Shown here one piece after another: positions 30,382-39,382 of a DNA stretch of 64,000 nt (position 1 is its first letter; every line of letters begins with the position of its first letter). The DNA comes from Candidatus Kerfeldbacteria bacterium (GTDB taxonomy: Bacteria > Patescibacteriota > Patescibacteriia > UBA10025 > JAHIVO01). The notes under the pieces were generated by a model. That model ran no database searches and was not told the DNA's origin. It worked only from the letters and a program-made list of their open reading frames with translations. The position numbers and the translations under genes were made by a program. Location: positions 463,818 through 527,817 of the forward strand of contig CP181398.1 in the NCBI GenBank assembly GCA_047946875.1, read 5' to 3'.

Positions 30382-30583
30382 GAATTCCTCCTTAACCTTA
30401 AAAACCTTAAGGAAATTTATATTAGTCTTTCGTTATGTAATGTGCATCTATAATTAACTTAACAAGTATTAATAACATATAAAGAGGGTAGTGTCAATGG
30501 TTGAATATATAATTTGACAATATATTGAAGACAGCCTAAGATTTGTATGAATGAGTTGAACTTTCAAAAAATATGGAGGCACG

Positions 30584-30937
30584 ATGACTATAATAAAATT
30601 TCTGATTATGGTTGGAATTTTTTACCTAGTTATGCAATTAGAGGGAATCGCTGATGACTATATTGAGTCATTTAACCTACCAGGATGGGTTAAGTTAATA
30701 CTAGGCTCAGGAGTCCTATATTTCTTTTTTCTGACCGATCATGTTGATGACTTTATCACTAAATATCTAAATCACTTCATTTTAGAAGAAACATGCGTAG
30801 CTCAGAATCAAGTGAATAAATTGATATTATCTTACCAAAAAAAATATGCTTTATTGGCCCTAGATAAAAAATCTAGTTTCAAAAACATTGTAAGATATAA
30901 TCTTCTGGACATGAAGCAAATACTTTCAAAAACATAA
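30584..30937 (+). CDS. Hypothetical membrane protein
   Basis: 117 aa. SD GGAGG lies upstream, two TM helices are present, and a terminator follows at 30936-30969. Confidence 0.45.
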   Translation: MTIIKFLIMVGIFYLVMQLEGIADDYIESFNLPGWVKLILGSGVLYFFFLTDHVDDFITKYLNHFILEETCVAQNQVNKLILSYQKKYALLALDKKSSFKNIVRYNLLDMKQILSKT

Positions 30938-30969
30938 CAGACTTTTAATAATAGAAGTCTGTTTTTTTA
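30936..30969 (+). terminator. Rho-independent terminator
   Basis: CAGACTTTTAATAATAGAAGTCTG followed by TTTTTTT. Confidence 0.65.
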
Positions 30970-31035
30970 TTAAATAAAAAATACACCCATGACTAAATAA
31001 ATATCACAGGTGTAAACTTTTGATCCAAGATCATA

Positions 31036-31368
31036 CTACCAAGTAGTATCGATTTGAGAAGCAGTAGGTAGTCTCTCAATAGTCAACTCGAATCCTTGCG
31101 AAGCCAACTCCGTTCTGAGGTTTTTAATGACCTCCGGTGTTTCTCCACAATACCCATCGACCGTTGCTACTCCGTTTTCCCATTTGGTTGCATTCAGGCC
31201 CATTGTTTCGAGAATACTCACAACCATTGATTGACATGCAAAAAATGATGGTATGGGTACTCCCTTAGAATTATCGATAATGATACCGACTTCAAATTTG
31301 CCTGAAGGCAATTCGGAATTGAGGATATCAACCTCATTTAATTCCTTAAGAACAATTACGTTTGACAT
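31036..31368 (-). CDS. Hypothetical protein
   Basis: 110-aa ORF with island-like composition. I recognised no motif. Confidence 0.4.
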   Translation of the reverse strand: MSNVIVLKELNEVDILNSELPSGKFEVGIIIDNSKGVPIPSFFACQSMVVSILETMGLNATKWENGVATVDGYCGETPEVIKNLRTELASQGFELTIERLPTASQIDTTW

Positions 31369-31478
31369 ACTAGCTCCATAACAGAATAGGATTATGTAAA
31401 TGATTCTTGGTTCTATGTTAAGAGTGCAAACAATATAGACTAGCAGGAGGGTTATACATTGTCAAGGTCTAACGAGTT

Positions 31479-31511
31479 AAAAAAAACCTCCTGATATATA
31501 TACCAGGAGGG
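31479..31511 (-). terminator. Rho-independent terminator downstream of 31540-31923
   Basis: CCTCCTGATATATATACCAGGAGG has a 7-bp stem. It is preceded on the plus strand by AAAAAAA, which is a U-run on the minus strand. Confidence 0.6.
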
Positions 31512-31539
31512 GATTCTTAATCACTTAAATGGATCTTTA

Positions 31540-31923
31540 TCAATTTTCACGAATAGCTACTTTAACTAGTTTTTCTTCATCATCAGTCAAATTCCTGATG
31601 AATCCATCTGGGCCATATAAGCCAGCTAAATAGGGATGTGAGTCATAAAGAATATTTCGCCCTGAATTTAAAAAAGTACTTTCAGCAAAACATTCAGCTA
31701 TCCACTCAGTATCATAAGTCCAAAGTAATCTGCAATTTAGTGTTTGGCTGTAGATGATCCTTTTTGTTCTCATGTTATAAACAAAAAATTGGTGCTCATC
31801 ACTATAACCAGTCCAAACAACTTTAATATCATCGTATTCCGATTGACCATTAATGAAATATCCGTCTGTAAAACTAGCTAATGTTTTTTCAAAATCATTT
31901 TCAAAAACTTCTGGCATTATCAA
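31540..31923 (-). CDS. Hypothetical protein
   Basis: 127-aa ORF, acidic and aromatic-rich. I recognised no motif. Confidence 0.4.
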   Translation of the reverse strand: MIMPEVFENDFEKTLASFTDGYFINGQSEYDDIKVVWTGYSDEHQFFVYNMRTKRIIYSQTLNCRLLWTYDTEWIAECFAESTFLNSGRNILYDSHPYLAGLYGPDGFIRNLTDDEEKLVKVAIREN

Positions 31924-32108
31924 CTCCTATTTTTATAAAGATCTAATTAAATAATCTTATTACAACGGTTAAGAGTAGTCAAATACGTCTTGACCCTCAA
32001 AAAGGCCTATGTTATGATATATATATAACTGCGTATAATAACTCTTACACTCAGTTATATACATAGGTAAATACCCTATTAACTATATGTATATATCCTT
32101 TACCGCTT

Positions 32109-32152
32109 GTCATTCCGGGCTTGTCTGTCCGCCTCAGGAGGAATCCGGAATC
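32109..32152. repeat. GC-rich hairpin repeat (left copy; inverted partner at 34265-34289)
   Basis: GTCATTCCGGGCTTG[tctgtccgcctcaggagga]ATCCGGAATC. Apart from the 19-nt insertion it is the reverse complement of GATTCCGGATCAAGCCCGGAATGAC at 34265-34289. It contains the ATTCCGG/CCGGAAT palindrome. Confidence 0.6.
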
Positions 32153-32187
32153 TCTGATATAATTAAAACGTTAACTAACTTCCAAAT

Positions 32188-33126
32188 ATGTCACTACCTT
32201 ACATAGATGATTATCTATTAAACCTCCAAACTAATAACTACTCTGAAAAGACCGTTTACAACTACGAACGCGATTTAAAGGTGTTTGAGGAATACTTGGA
32301 TAAAGAGTCAAAGAAGCAGTTTAACACGCTTAAAAGGCGCGATATTGAGCTCTACAAGGCCTATTTGGTGTCTAGGGATCGAAATACTGCCAAGGGTGAG
32401 AAAAGCCTTAAAAAGCTAAATGCTTACTCCATGAATAGGATGTTATCTGCCTTACGCTCGTACTTGAAGTATATGATAGATAATGATTATAAATGTCCTG
32501 TTAACCCTCAAATGATCCGTTTATCGAAGACTACTAAGAAGCATCCTCAAGTTGCAGAATTAGAAGATATTGTTAGGTTGATAGAGTCCCCATCAAAATA
32601 CGAGAAAGCCAAACACATAGCTCTTCGTAACCGCGCCATGATGGAAGTATTATTCGCAACTGGCATGAGAATCTCAGAACTGATAAACTTGAATAAGAAT
32701 CAGATAGATGCAACTGGAAAAATATTTATCGAAGGTAAAGGACGCAAGCAACGTTTCGTTTATATGACAGAGAGAGCAAAACTTCATACAGAAAAATATT
32801 TAAACTCTAGAGGAGATAATCACCCTGCTTTATTCATCCCCTACCGTGGGTCTAATGCCGGTTCTATAAATTCGCGCATATCGCCTAATTACTTACAAAT
32901 GAAGATAAAACAGTACCGAGAGCGTTTAAAAATTAATGTTCCAACCTCAGCCCATAGCTTACGTCACGGGTTCGCTACATACTTAGCTGAGTCAGGCGCC
33001 AACCCCGCCGCGATCCAAATACTCCTAGGTCACGAATCACTAGATACTACTACAAGATATGTAAATGCCTCAGATAAATTCGCCGAAAAATCTCACCGGA
33101 AATTCCACCCCCTAAAAAACAAATAA
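32188..33126 (+). CDS. Tyrosine site-specific recombinase, XerC/XerD family
   Basis: 312 aa. The C-terminal catalytic region ...SAHSLRHGFATYLAESGANPAAIQILLGHESLDTTTRYVNAS supplies the R...H..R..Y residues. An N-terminal SAM-like domain is present. Its GC is higher than that of the core genes. Confidence 0.85.
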   Translation: MSLPYIDDYLLNLQTNNYSEKTVYNYERDLKVFEEYLDKESKKQFNTLKRRDIELYKAYLVSRDRNTAKGEKSLKKLNAYSMNRMLSALRSYLKYMIDNDYKCPVNPQMIRLSKTTKKHPQVAELEDIVRLIESPSKYEKAKHIALRNRAMMEVLFATGMRISELINLNKNQIDATGKIFIEGKGRKQRFVYMTERAKLHTEKYLNSRGDNHPALFIPYRGSNAGSINSRISPNYLQMKIKQYRERLKINVPTSAHSLRHGFATYLAESGANPAAIQILLGHESLDTTTRYVNASDKFAEKSHRKFHPLKNK

Positions 33127-33250
33127 CACACTCTTGTCACTCTGAGCTTATGCGAAGAGTCCCCTGACCGCAGGTCAGGAGATACTTCACTTCGTTCAGT
33201 ATGACAATCTAAAATTTCATCCACTTAAAGATAAATAATATATCAATCAT

Positions 33251-33421
33251 ATGAATGAATATAATCCAATAAAACATGAAAAAGAAATCAAAAAAACACA
33301 AAAAAAGAATTCACCCTTTAAAAACGTTATTATTATTCTAATCATTATCGGACTTTTATGTTTCTTACCTTTAATGTTTTATTTTGTTATGTTTTTTCGT
33401 CCAGATAAGATCTTTGGTTAA
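33251..33421 (+). CDS. Small membrane protein (56 aa), not in ORF track
   Basis: ATG at 33251 opens MNEYNPIKHEKEIKKTQKKNSPFKNVIIILIIIGLLCFLPLMFYFVMFFRPDKIFG. The stop is TAA at 33419-33421. It is preceded by the repeat CCACTTAAAGATAAATAA at 33221-33238. Confidence 0.3.
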   Translation: MNEYNPIKHEKEIKKTQKKNSPFKNVIIILIIIGLLCFLPLMFYFVMFFRPDKIFG

Positions 33422-33519
33422 TTTGATTTCTTATTAAGTATTCTCAAAAAAATAATCATGCATTAAAAGAACTTCGCAAAAAATTTCACCCACTTAAAGA
33501 TAAATAATTAATTTACCAG

Positions 33520-33561
33520 CCGTAACTTCATGCGAAGGCTGGACCACTTAAAGATAAATAA
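33520..33561 (+). repeat. 42-nt direct repeat copy 1 (CCGTAACTTCATGCGAAGGCTGGACCACTTAAAGATAAATAA)
   Basis: It is nearly identical to 34178-34219. It ends 1 nt before the ATG at 33563. The 18-nt core CCACTTAAAGATAAATAA also occurs at 33221-33238 and 33490-33507. Confidence 0.65.
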
Positions 33562-33562
33562 T

Positions 33563-34084
33563 ATGAAAAAAATTAATGACAAAAGTATTCTAATAATTGA
33601 AATCTTTTTCATGTCTCTTGGTACTTTTTTTATTATTTCCTCCTTATTTATCCCAAAACTTTTTTCCTGGTTAACCATAAATTATCAATTTGAAGCACCC
33701 CATTTAGTTATTCTCATCATCGGGCTTGCGGGGGTAGGTTTTGCCTGGTATCACAACATTAGAACAACTAATTTTAAAAGGCAGGATCATCCTAAGCAAA
33801 TTAGTTCTATTACACAAAGCTTTGTTAATATTGGTATTACTACAGGAAATATTTTACTGGGATATTTACTTGGTATCTTAGTTACCTACGTCATTAGTAT
33901 TTCAATAACTGAAACTCAACGAATAGTGTTTGGAATAGGTATAATGATGATTTATACTTCCTTATTAGGAATATTTGCAAAAAAAGATAAACAAAAGTTT
34001 TTAATAATGGTTTTAATAACATTAATGATTGCATGGCTTCTATCTATCGTATCTGGTTTATTGGACAATGCAATAAATAATTAA
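33563..34084 (+). CDS. Hypothetical polytopic membrane protein
   Basis: MKKINDKSILIIEIFFMSLGTFFII... has four or more TM helices. I chose the start at 33563 rather than the track start at 33530, because 33530 lies inside the direct repeat. Confidence 0.45.
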   Translation: MKKINDKSILIIEIFFMSLGTFFIISSLFIPKLFSWLTINYQFEAPHLVILIIGLAGVGFAWYHNIRTTNFKRQDHPKQISSITQSFVNIGITTGNILLGYLLGILVTYVISISITETQRIVFGIGIMMIYTSLLGIFAKKDKQKFLIMVLITLMIAWLLSIVSGLLDNAINN

Positions 34085-34177
34085 ATTCTTTTATGCCTCA
34101 GACAGGTTCGCTGAGAAGTCCCATCATAAATATCACCCTCTAAGCAAAAAAGAATAATTAACTAACAACTTTATCCG

Positions 34178-34219
34178 CCGTAGCTTTATGCGAAGGCTGA
34201 ACCACTTAAAGATAAATAA
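34178..34219 (+). repeat. 42-nt direct repeat copy 2
   Basis: CCGTAGCTTTATGCGAAGGCTGAACCACTTAAAGATAAATAA. Together with the copy at 33520-33561 it brackets the membrane-protein gene. Confidence 0.65.
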
Positions 34220-34227
34220 CTTTATAA

Positions 34228-34299
34228 AACATCCCTCATCCTGAACTTGATTAAGGATCCCCGAGATTCCGGATCAAGCCCGGAATGACAAACTAATAA
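34228..34299 (+). repeat. ~75-nt dispersed element, intact copy (AACATCCCTCATCC ... hairpin ... GAATGACAAACTAATAA)
   Basis: It contains the inverted hairpin copy at 34265-34289 and ends 1 nt before the ATG at 34301. Degenerate copies lie at 38524-38611 and 40194-40208. Confidence 0.55.
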
Positions 34300-34300
34300 T

Positions 34301-35152
34301 ATGAATGAAAACAAGCAAAAAATTATTGAACGATACTACCAATATTCCACACCATATTTATTGAAATACTGGTCTGATAAGGAAAGTATGAGTATTCATT
34401 ATGGTTTTTGGTACCCAGAAACAAAATCGCGTAGCGAAGCATTCTTAAACCAACACCGCTCAGTAGTCGAACTACTACAACCTTCGGCTGATGATTATAT
34501 CCTAGATATAGGTTGTGGAGTCGGCGGCGTTTCTACATGGCTCGCACAGCATACACCAGCACGCTACGTCGGTATCACTCTCGCTGACAACCAAATCCGT
34601 ATGGCCCGACAATTAGCCCAACGTCGAAAAGTGGCAGACCGTACAGCATACAGCCGTATGGATTTTTTTAAAACATCTTTCAATGATAATACCTTTACTA
34701 AGGCATTTGCTATTGAGAGTATTTGTCACTCTTATCCACGCCAACTTGAAGTATTTCGAGAAATGTACCGTATCCTTAAGAAGGGAGCAACTTTACTTAT
34801 TTCTGATTCTGCCCTTTTTCGGCAAGCAACCGGAAAGCAAGAATTAAAATGGGTAAAAAATTTCTGTAACGGCTGGGCCATGACTGATTATAGTACTATT
34901 AATGACATTGTAATTTCTTTAAAAAAGGCGCAATTTAAAAATATACGAATCATCGACCGAACAAAGCTTGTCTCACGTAATATTAATCAAATTTATTGGA
35001 TCGGCATCTGGTCATATCCATTGTTAAAAATCAAGCAACTACTTGGCCATCTTCCAAAAATAGTATTAGGTAACAACCTGGCCGCAGTTACCCAAAAGAA
35101 GTTAGTTAATGCCGATCTGGCCGGATATTTTTCAATTATTGCTCACAAATAA
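34301..35152 (+). CDS. Class I SAM-dependent methyltransferase
   Basis: The glycine-rich SAM motif ILDIGCGVGGVS is present, as is the downstream acidic residue typical of the Rossmann MT fold. It is 283 aa. Its GC is higher than that of the core genes. Confidence 0.7.
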   Translation: MNENKQKIIERYYQYSTPYLLKYWSDKESMSIHYGFWYPETKSRSEAFLNQHRSVVELLQPSADDYILDIGCGVGGVSTWLAQHTPARYVGITLADNQIRMARQLAQRRKVADRTAYSRMDFFKTSFNDNTFTKAFAIESICHSYPRQLEVFREMYRILKKGATLLISDSALFRQATGKQELKWVKNFCNGWAMTDYSTINDIVISLKKAQFKNIRIIDRTKLVSRNINQIYWIGIWSYPLLKIKQLLGHLPKIVLGNNLAAVTQKKLVNADLAGYFSIIAHK

Positions 35153-35155
35153 AAT

Positions 35156-36313
35156 ATGGCAAAAACAACATTAAACTACAAACTACTACTCCACTTATTT
35201 GATTCTGCATATATCAGAAGATGGAACGATCAAGTAAGGACAGCAGACTTCCGAGAGATTGATAAACAAGCACATAAGTTTATTATTGCTTTTTTGATTG
35301 GGAAACATAACAAGAGTAAAGACTTTGACTGGCAATCATTGATAGAAGCTGGGGTATACGAATTTTTTCATCGATTAGCGCTCACAGACCTGAAGCCTCA
35401 ACTCTTTCATAGAATCACAGAAGACAAAGCAACTTACAAAAAATTAATCACTTACTCAAAAAATAAATTAGCTGAATCTTTCAATGATAACGATTTTTTG
35501 AAAGCATACGAAGAATATTTCATAAAGAAATTAACCAAACCAAACATCTATAACCAGATCATGGACTCTGCCAACTATATTGCATCCAGAGAAGAATTTG
35601 AAATCATTAAGCAAACAAATCCAAAAGGATACAGAGTTGCATTAATAGATAAAGAAATCAAAAAGAATATTGATACTGCCTTAAAAATCGAAGGAGTTAA
35701 AAATATTGAGAATAATAAAAAACTACGAGACTTCATAAAACTTTGCGGTCAGCTAAGATTTCAGATCAGATGGAGCAATATGCATCGTGTACCAAAAACA
35801 TCTGTACTTGGACATATGCTAACAGTTGCGATCATTACATATTTACTTACCAAGGATGACAAAACCAAAATCAAGAATATTTACAACAATTTTTTTACTG
35901 GCCTATTCCACGATTTACCCGAAGCACTCACTAGAGATATAATGAGTCCACTCAAAGAAGTTGGCGGGATGTTAGATATAATTAAAAAGTACGAGCGTGA
36001 AGAGATGGAACAAACGGTATATCCCCTTCTACCCGCACATATCAAATCTGATATTAAACTATTCACCATGAATGAATTTGATATACTTAAAAAAGGTAAG
36101 AATATAACTAGAAACGGAGATTTATTAAAAGCCGTTGACCGTTTATCAGCTTATATAGAAGCATATCTAGCACTACAGAATGGTGTAAAAAATAAAGACC
36201 TAAAAGATGCACGAACTACCCTTGCAAAAAAATATACCAAGACACCTATTATCGGTGGTGTAAACTTCGGCAATTTTTATAAGGATTTAGAAAATAAATT
36301 TTTAATAATATGA
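35156..36313 (+). CDS. HD-domain phosphohydrolase, YfbR/HD_3-like (possibly internally duplicated)
   Basis: RW...H...HD pattern (IRWSNMHRVPKTSVLGHMLTVAI...GLFHDLPEALTRDI). The N-terminal half repeats an RW-containing segment. It lies 3 nt after the MT gene. Confidence 0.45.
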   Translation: MAKTTLNYKLLLHLFDSAYIRRWNDQVRTADFREIDKQAHKFIIAFLIGKHNKSKDFDWQSLIEAGVYEFFHRLALTDLKPQLFHRITEDKATYKKLITYSKNKLAESFNDNDFLKAYEEYFIKKLTKPNIYNQIMDSANYIASREEFEIIKQTNPKGYRVALIDKEIKKNIDTALKIEGVKNIENNKKLRDFIKLCGQLRFQIRWSNMHRVPKTSVLGHMLTVAIITYLLTKDDKTKIKNIYNNFFTGLFHDLPEALTRDIMSPLKEVGGMLDIIKKYEREEMEQTVYPLLPAHIKSDIKLFTMNEFDILKKGKNITRNGDLLKAVDRLSAYIEAYLALQNGVKNKDLKDARTTLAKKYTKTPIIGGVNFGNFYKDLENKFLII

Positions 36314-36759
36314 ACCCAGAACAACCAAAAATAACATCCACCTCCACTTATGAAGAAGATGCGTCATACACTGATCCTGTAGCAATTGAACAAGAAAGAA
36401 ATATATTATTATCAATGGATAAAGAAGAAAAATTATTTATTGCTCCTAATCAACCCTCTAAAGGTGAATTGGAAATGATGCAACTGCAATTATTTGAAGC
36501 ACGTGAAGATCTGGGCGGAAAGTCAGCCTACGATTATTTTGATAAAATTATTTTTGGGCACGGTGAAGGTCCTGCTAATATAGACCAACGAACATTCAAA
36601 GGTGCAAATGATTTAGATGAAAAATATCAGGGCACTATTGGTGATATCAAAGAACGTATTGGTGTAGACAATAAAAAAATACTAATCATAGTATGTGGAT
36701 CAAATAAAGAAGATAAAATGACGCTAACAAAAGCAATACAAGCATATTTTTCAAATTAA
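36310..36759 (+). CDS. Hypothetical protein
   Basis: 149 aa. Its start overlaps the previous stop (ATGA), so it is translationally coupled to the HD gene. Confidence 0.35.
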   Translation: MNPEQPKITSTSTYEEDASYTDPVAIEQERNILLSMDKEEKLFIAPNQPSKGELEMMQLQLFEAREDLGGKSAYDYFDKIIFGHGEGPANIDQRTFKGANDLDEKYQGTIGDIKERIGVDNKKILIIVCGSNKEDKMTLTKAIQAYFSN

Positions 36760-36801
36760 TATAAATAATGTTAAACATACTAAAAAGAAATTTAAAAAAA
36801 T

Positions 36802-37245
36802 ATGAAAAAAATTATTATCCCTCTCATCTTCATTAGCTTATTTATTATCATCCCATTAGTAAATGCAATTACCGTGGATTCAGCTTTAGGCACCAGTATG
36901 AGCGATGAACGAGTACCATATCCCGAATCCTCAACTATTAATGTAATGGATTTAATAATATTTTTCTTAATTATAATATCATTAATTAGTATAATTTATA
37001 GTATTATTTTTTTAATTACTACTAAATTAAAAATTAAAAAATTAACAATGAATAATAATCAAATACAATCTGAAAAAGAAATATCACCAGAATCAAAACT
37101 TGAATATGAAAAGTATAAAAAATTAACCAAACACTACAAAAGAATATTATTTGTTGGTTTAATAGTATTTATTGTAGCTGTAGCTTACGTGGTATTTATT
37201 ATTAATAATCCTTGCTGTAATTCACTTAATAGCGTTATATACTAA
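36802..37245 (+). CDS. Hypothetical membrane protein
   Basis: 147 aa with an N-terminal signal/TM segment, a central TM helix and a C-terminal TM helix. Confidence 0.35.
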   Translation: MKKIIIPLIFISLFIIIPLVNAITVDSALGTSMSDERVPYPESSTINVMDLIIFFLIIISLISIIYSIIFLITTKLKIKKLTMNNNQIQSEKEISPESKLEYEKYKKLTKHYKRILFVGLIVFIVAVAYVVFIINNPCCNSLNSVIY

Positions 37246-37310
37246 ATTTTATTCCCTACAAAAATAATTAAGAACGATTTAATAAATAAACTAAAAATAA
37301 AGAAAATAAT

Positions 37311-37862
37311 ATGGAAGAACACGTGGTATTGGTAAATAATAAAAATGAAGTATTAGGCACAGCCCCCAAATCCACCGTGCACACCAATGACACCCCTCTT
37401 CATCGAGCCTTTTCTTCATTTATTTTTAACCGCAAAGGTGAAATATTATTATCACAAAGGAGCGGTCAGAAAAAAACTTGGCCCTTAGTCTGGACAAATA
37501 GTTGTTGTGGTCATCCAGCACTGAACGAATCTAATACTGATGCAGTCAGACGAAAATTATTAGATGAGCTTGGACTCGAGATAGAAGAAATCCATGAAGT
37601 CCTCCCCGACTATCGATATAAAGCTGAAAAAGAAGGGCTAGTAGAAAACGAAATATGTCCGGTATTCATAGCCTTTACTAACAACCAACCAATACTTAAC
37701 AAACAAGAAGTAGAGTCTACTAAATTGATGGTGTGGCCAGAATTCATTAAGGAAATAAAAAACAATCCCAACAATTGGTCACCGTGGTGTGTAGAAGAAG
37801 TTATATTGCTAGAAAAAAATAATTTATTTAACAAACTACTTAAAAAATATACTACTATATAA
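37311..37862 (+). CDS. idi: Isopentenyl-diphosphate delta-isomerase, type 1 (Nudix fold)
   Basis: HRAFSSFIFN...WTNSCCGHP (the conserved Cys motif of IDI-1) plus a glutamate-rich Nudix-like region EICPVF. It is 183 aa. Confidence 0.7.
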   Translation: MEEHVVLVNNKNEVLGTAPKSTVHTNDTPLHRAFSSFIFNRKGEILLSQRSGQKKTWPLVWTNSCCGHPALNESNTDAVRRKLLDELGLEIEEIHEVLPDYRYKAEKEGLVENEICPVFIAFTNNQPILNKQEVESTKLMVWPEFIKEIKNNPNNWSPWCVEEVILLEKNNLFNKLLKKYTTI

Positions 37863-37874
37863 TATATTACCAAA

Positions 37875-38519
37875 ATGAATCAAAAAATTAAAACAATAAT
37901 ATATGACTTTGATGGCACTATAATTAATACCCTCCCTTGGCATTTACGAGCATATAGAGAATCTCTAAAAAAATTAGGAGTAGAATTATCCGATAAGAAA
38001 ATTATAAAGAATTGCTTCAACATCATCGATACTGTTGCGGCAAAAAACTTGGAGCTCGAAGATGTAGAATCTTTTTCTAAGTATTATCATCAAGGTGCTC
38101 GAGATGGTTTTAAACAAGCTGATTTGCATAAAAACATTATTATTACCCTAACTAAGCTAAACCAATTAGGATATACTGTTTGCCTTGGCTCTTTAGGAAG
38201 GAGATCAAACTTTGATCCAGCACTTAAACGATTTGATCTGGAAAAATATTTCAAAATAATCCTAAGTTATGATGAATGCCCACACGAAAAACCGATCATC
38301 CTGCAGACACTTGCTAAAAAAATAAACGCTAACCCGTCTGAAATATTAATAATTGGCGATGCCTATAATGATATTGAAGCAGCCAAGATTATGAATAGCA
38401 CTATAGCACTTTACCATCCTCCAGAGCATGAAAAATTTTATTCACGTGCCTCACTACAATTATTAAAACCAAATTTTATTATCGAAGATCATTTAGATAT
38501 AATTAAATTACTAAATTAA
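37875..38519 (+). CDS. HAD-superfamily hydrolase (subfamily IA-like)
   Basis: Motif I IIYDFDGTIINT and a late GDAYNDIEAA (motif IV) are present. It is 214 aa. Confidence 0.7.
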   Translation: MNQKIKTIIYDFDGTIINTLPWHLRAYRESLKKLGVELSDKKIIKNCFNIIDTVAAKNLELEDVESFSKYYHQGARDGFKQADLHKNIIITLTKLNQLGYTVCLGSLGRRSNFDPALKRFDLEKYFKIILSYDECPHEKPIILQTLAKKINANPSEILIIGDAYNDIEAAKIMNSTIALYHPPEHEKFYSRASLQLLKPNFIIEDHLDIIKLLN

Positions 38520-38523
38520 ACTC

Positions 38524-38611
38524 AACATAATCCTCTACCGTCCCTTGTTACTCTAATTCTAACAGCATAAAGGCTGGAATCTAGAACAATTCAAGAATGA
38601 CAAACTAATAA
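38524..38611 (+). repeat. Degenerate copy of the dispersed element (AACATAATCCTCTAC ... GAATGACAAACTAATAA)
   Basis: It shares its 5' 15-mer with 40194-40208 and its 3' 17-mer with 34283-34299. It lies upstream of an unrelated methyltransferase gene. Confidence 0.5.
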
Positions 38612-38625
38612 ATAATTATTTATTT

Positions 38626-39372
38626 ATGAAACTAAAAGAAACATTTAGTACAATTCCATTACAGTATGACAAAGTACGACCTGATTATCCCCCTACCCTT
38701 TTTCAGGATATTTTAAATTACAGTCAATTGAGTAAAAGTGATCCCATTTTGGAAATTGGTATTGGTACTGGTAAGGCCACGCTACCATTCGCCAAACATG
38801 GTAATCCTATTATAGCGAATGATATCAGCCGAGAATTAATTGGCGTAGCTAAAAATAAACTTAAAAATTACAAAAAAATTAAATATGTTGTCGGACAATT
38901 TGAAAAAATAATATTACAAAAAAATAAATTTGGACTTATATACTCCGCACAAACTTTTCATTGGATTAAGCCAAATATACAATTTACAAAAACCCACTCA
39001 TTACTCAGGCAAGATGGTGTGTTAGCTCTTTTTTGGAATCTAAATTATTATGATCAAGGTATCGGCAAGTGGGCTCTTAAACTCAATAAAAAATATTCTT
39101 CAGCAAAAAAAGGTAAAACACGATCTATTATACAACAATTTAAACGACACCGTCTTTTTAAAGATGCAATTATAAAAGAATACCGCCGTGAAATAGGAAT
39201 GAGCAAAATTAACTATATTAAAATGCAAACATCACATTCTTGGTACCTAGTACTATCAGATAAACGAAAACAGCTTGCTATGATTGATTTACAAAAAGCT
39301 CTTATTCATTACCCAAAAATCATAAAAATGCCAATAAAAACGATATTAGTAATGGCTAAAAAAAATAAATAA
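38626..39372 (+). CDS. Class I SAM-dependent methyltransferase
   Basis: ILEIGIGTGKATLPFA SAM-binding motif. It is 248 aa. Confidence 0.65.
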   Translation: MKLKETFSTIPLQYDKVRPDYPPTLFQDILNYSQLSKSDPILEIGIGTGKATLPFAKHGNPIIANDISRELIGVAKNKLKNYKKIKYVVGQFEKIILQKNKFGLIYSAQTFHWIKPNIQFTKTHSLLRQDGVLALFWNLNYYDQGIGKWALKLNKKYSSAKKGKTRSIIQQFKRHRLFKDAIIKEYRREIGMSKINYIKMQTSHSWYLVLSDKRKQLAMIDLQKALIHYPKIIKMPIKTILVMAKKNK

Positions 39373-39382
39373 TCCACTTAAC

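Noticed and set aside
28300-32000. Prophage remnant
   Set aside because: I recognised no terminase, portal, capsid, tail, holin or lysin genes. The only recombinase is XerC/D-like. The gene content is metabolic and miscellaneous rather than viral.
32040-32165. tRNA gene as the integration target next to the recombinase
   Set aside because: I looked for a T-arm (GTTCRANYC), anticodon-loop features and a 3' CCA-proximal acceptor stem on both strands and found none. The GC-rich part is fully explained by the hairpin repeat.
33530-33562. Track start codon at 33530 for the membrane-protein gene
   Set aside because: The first 11 codons would be encoded by the 42-nt direct repeat itself. The downstream ATG at 33563 gives a typical MKK... 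N-terminus, so I used 33563.
33127-34300. Classical integron attC sites between cassette-like genes
   Set aside because: I could not identify the RYYYAAC / GTTRRRY core-site pairs. The repeats are near-identical direct repeats rather than the imperfect inverted attC architecture. I therefore describe the region only as cassette-like and do not call it an integron.
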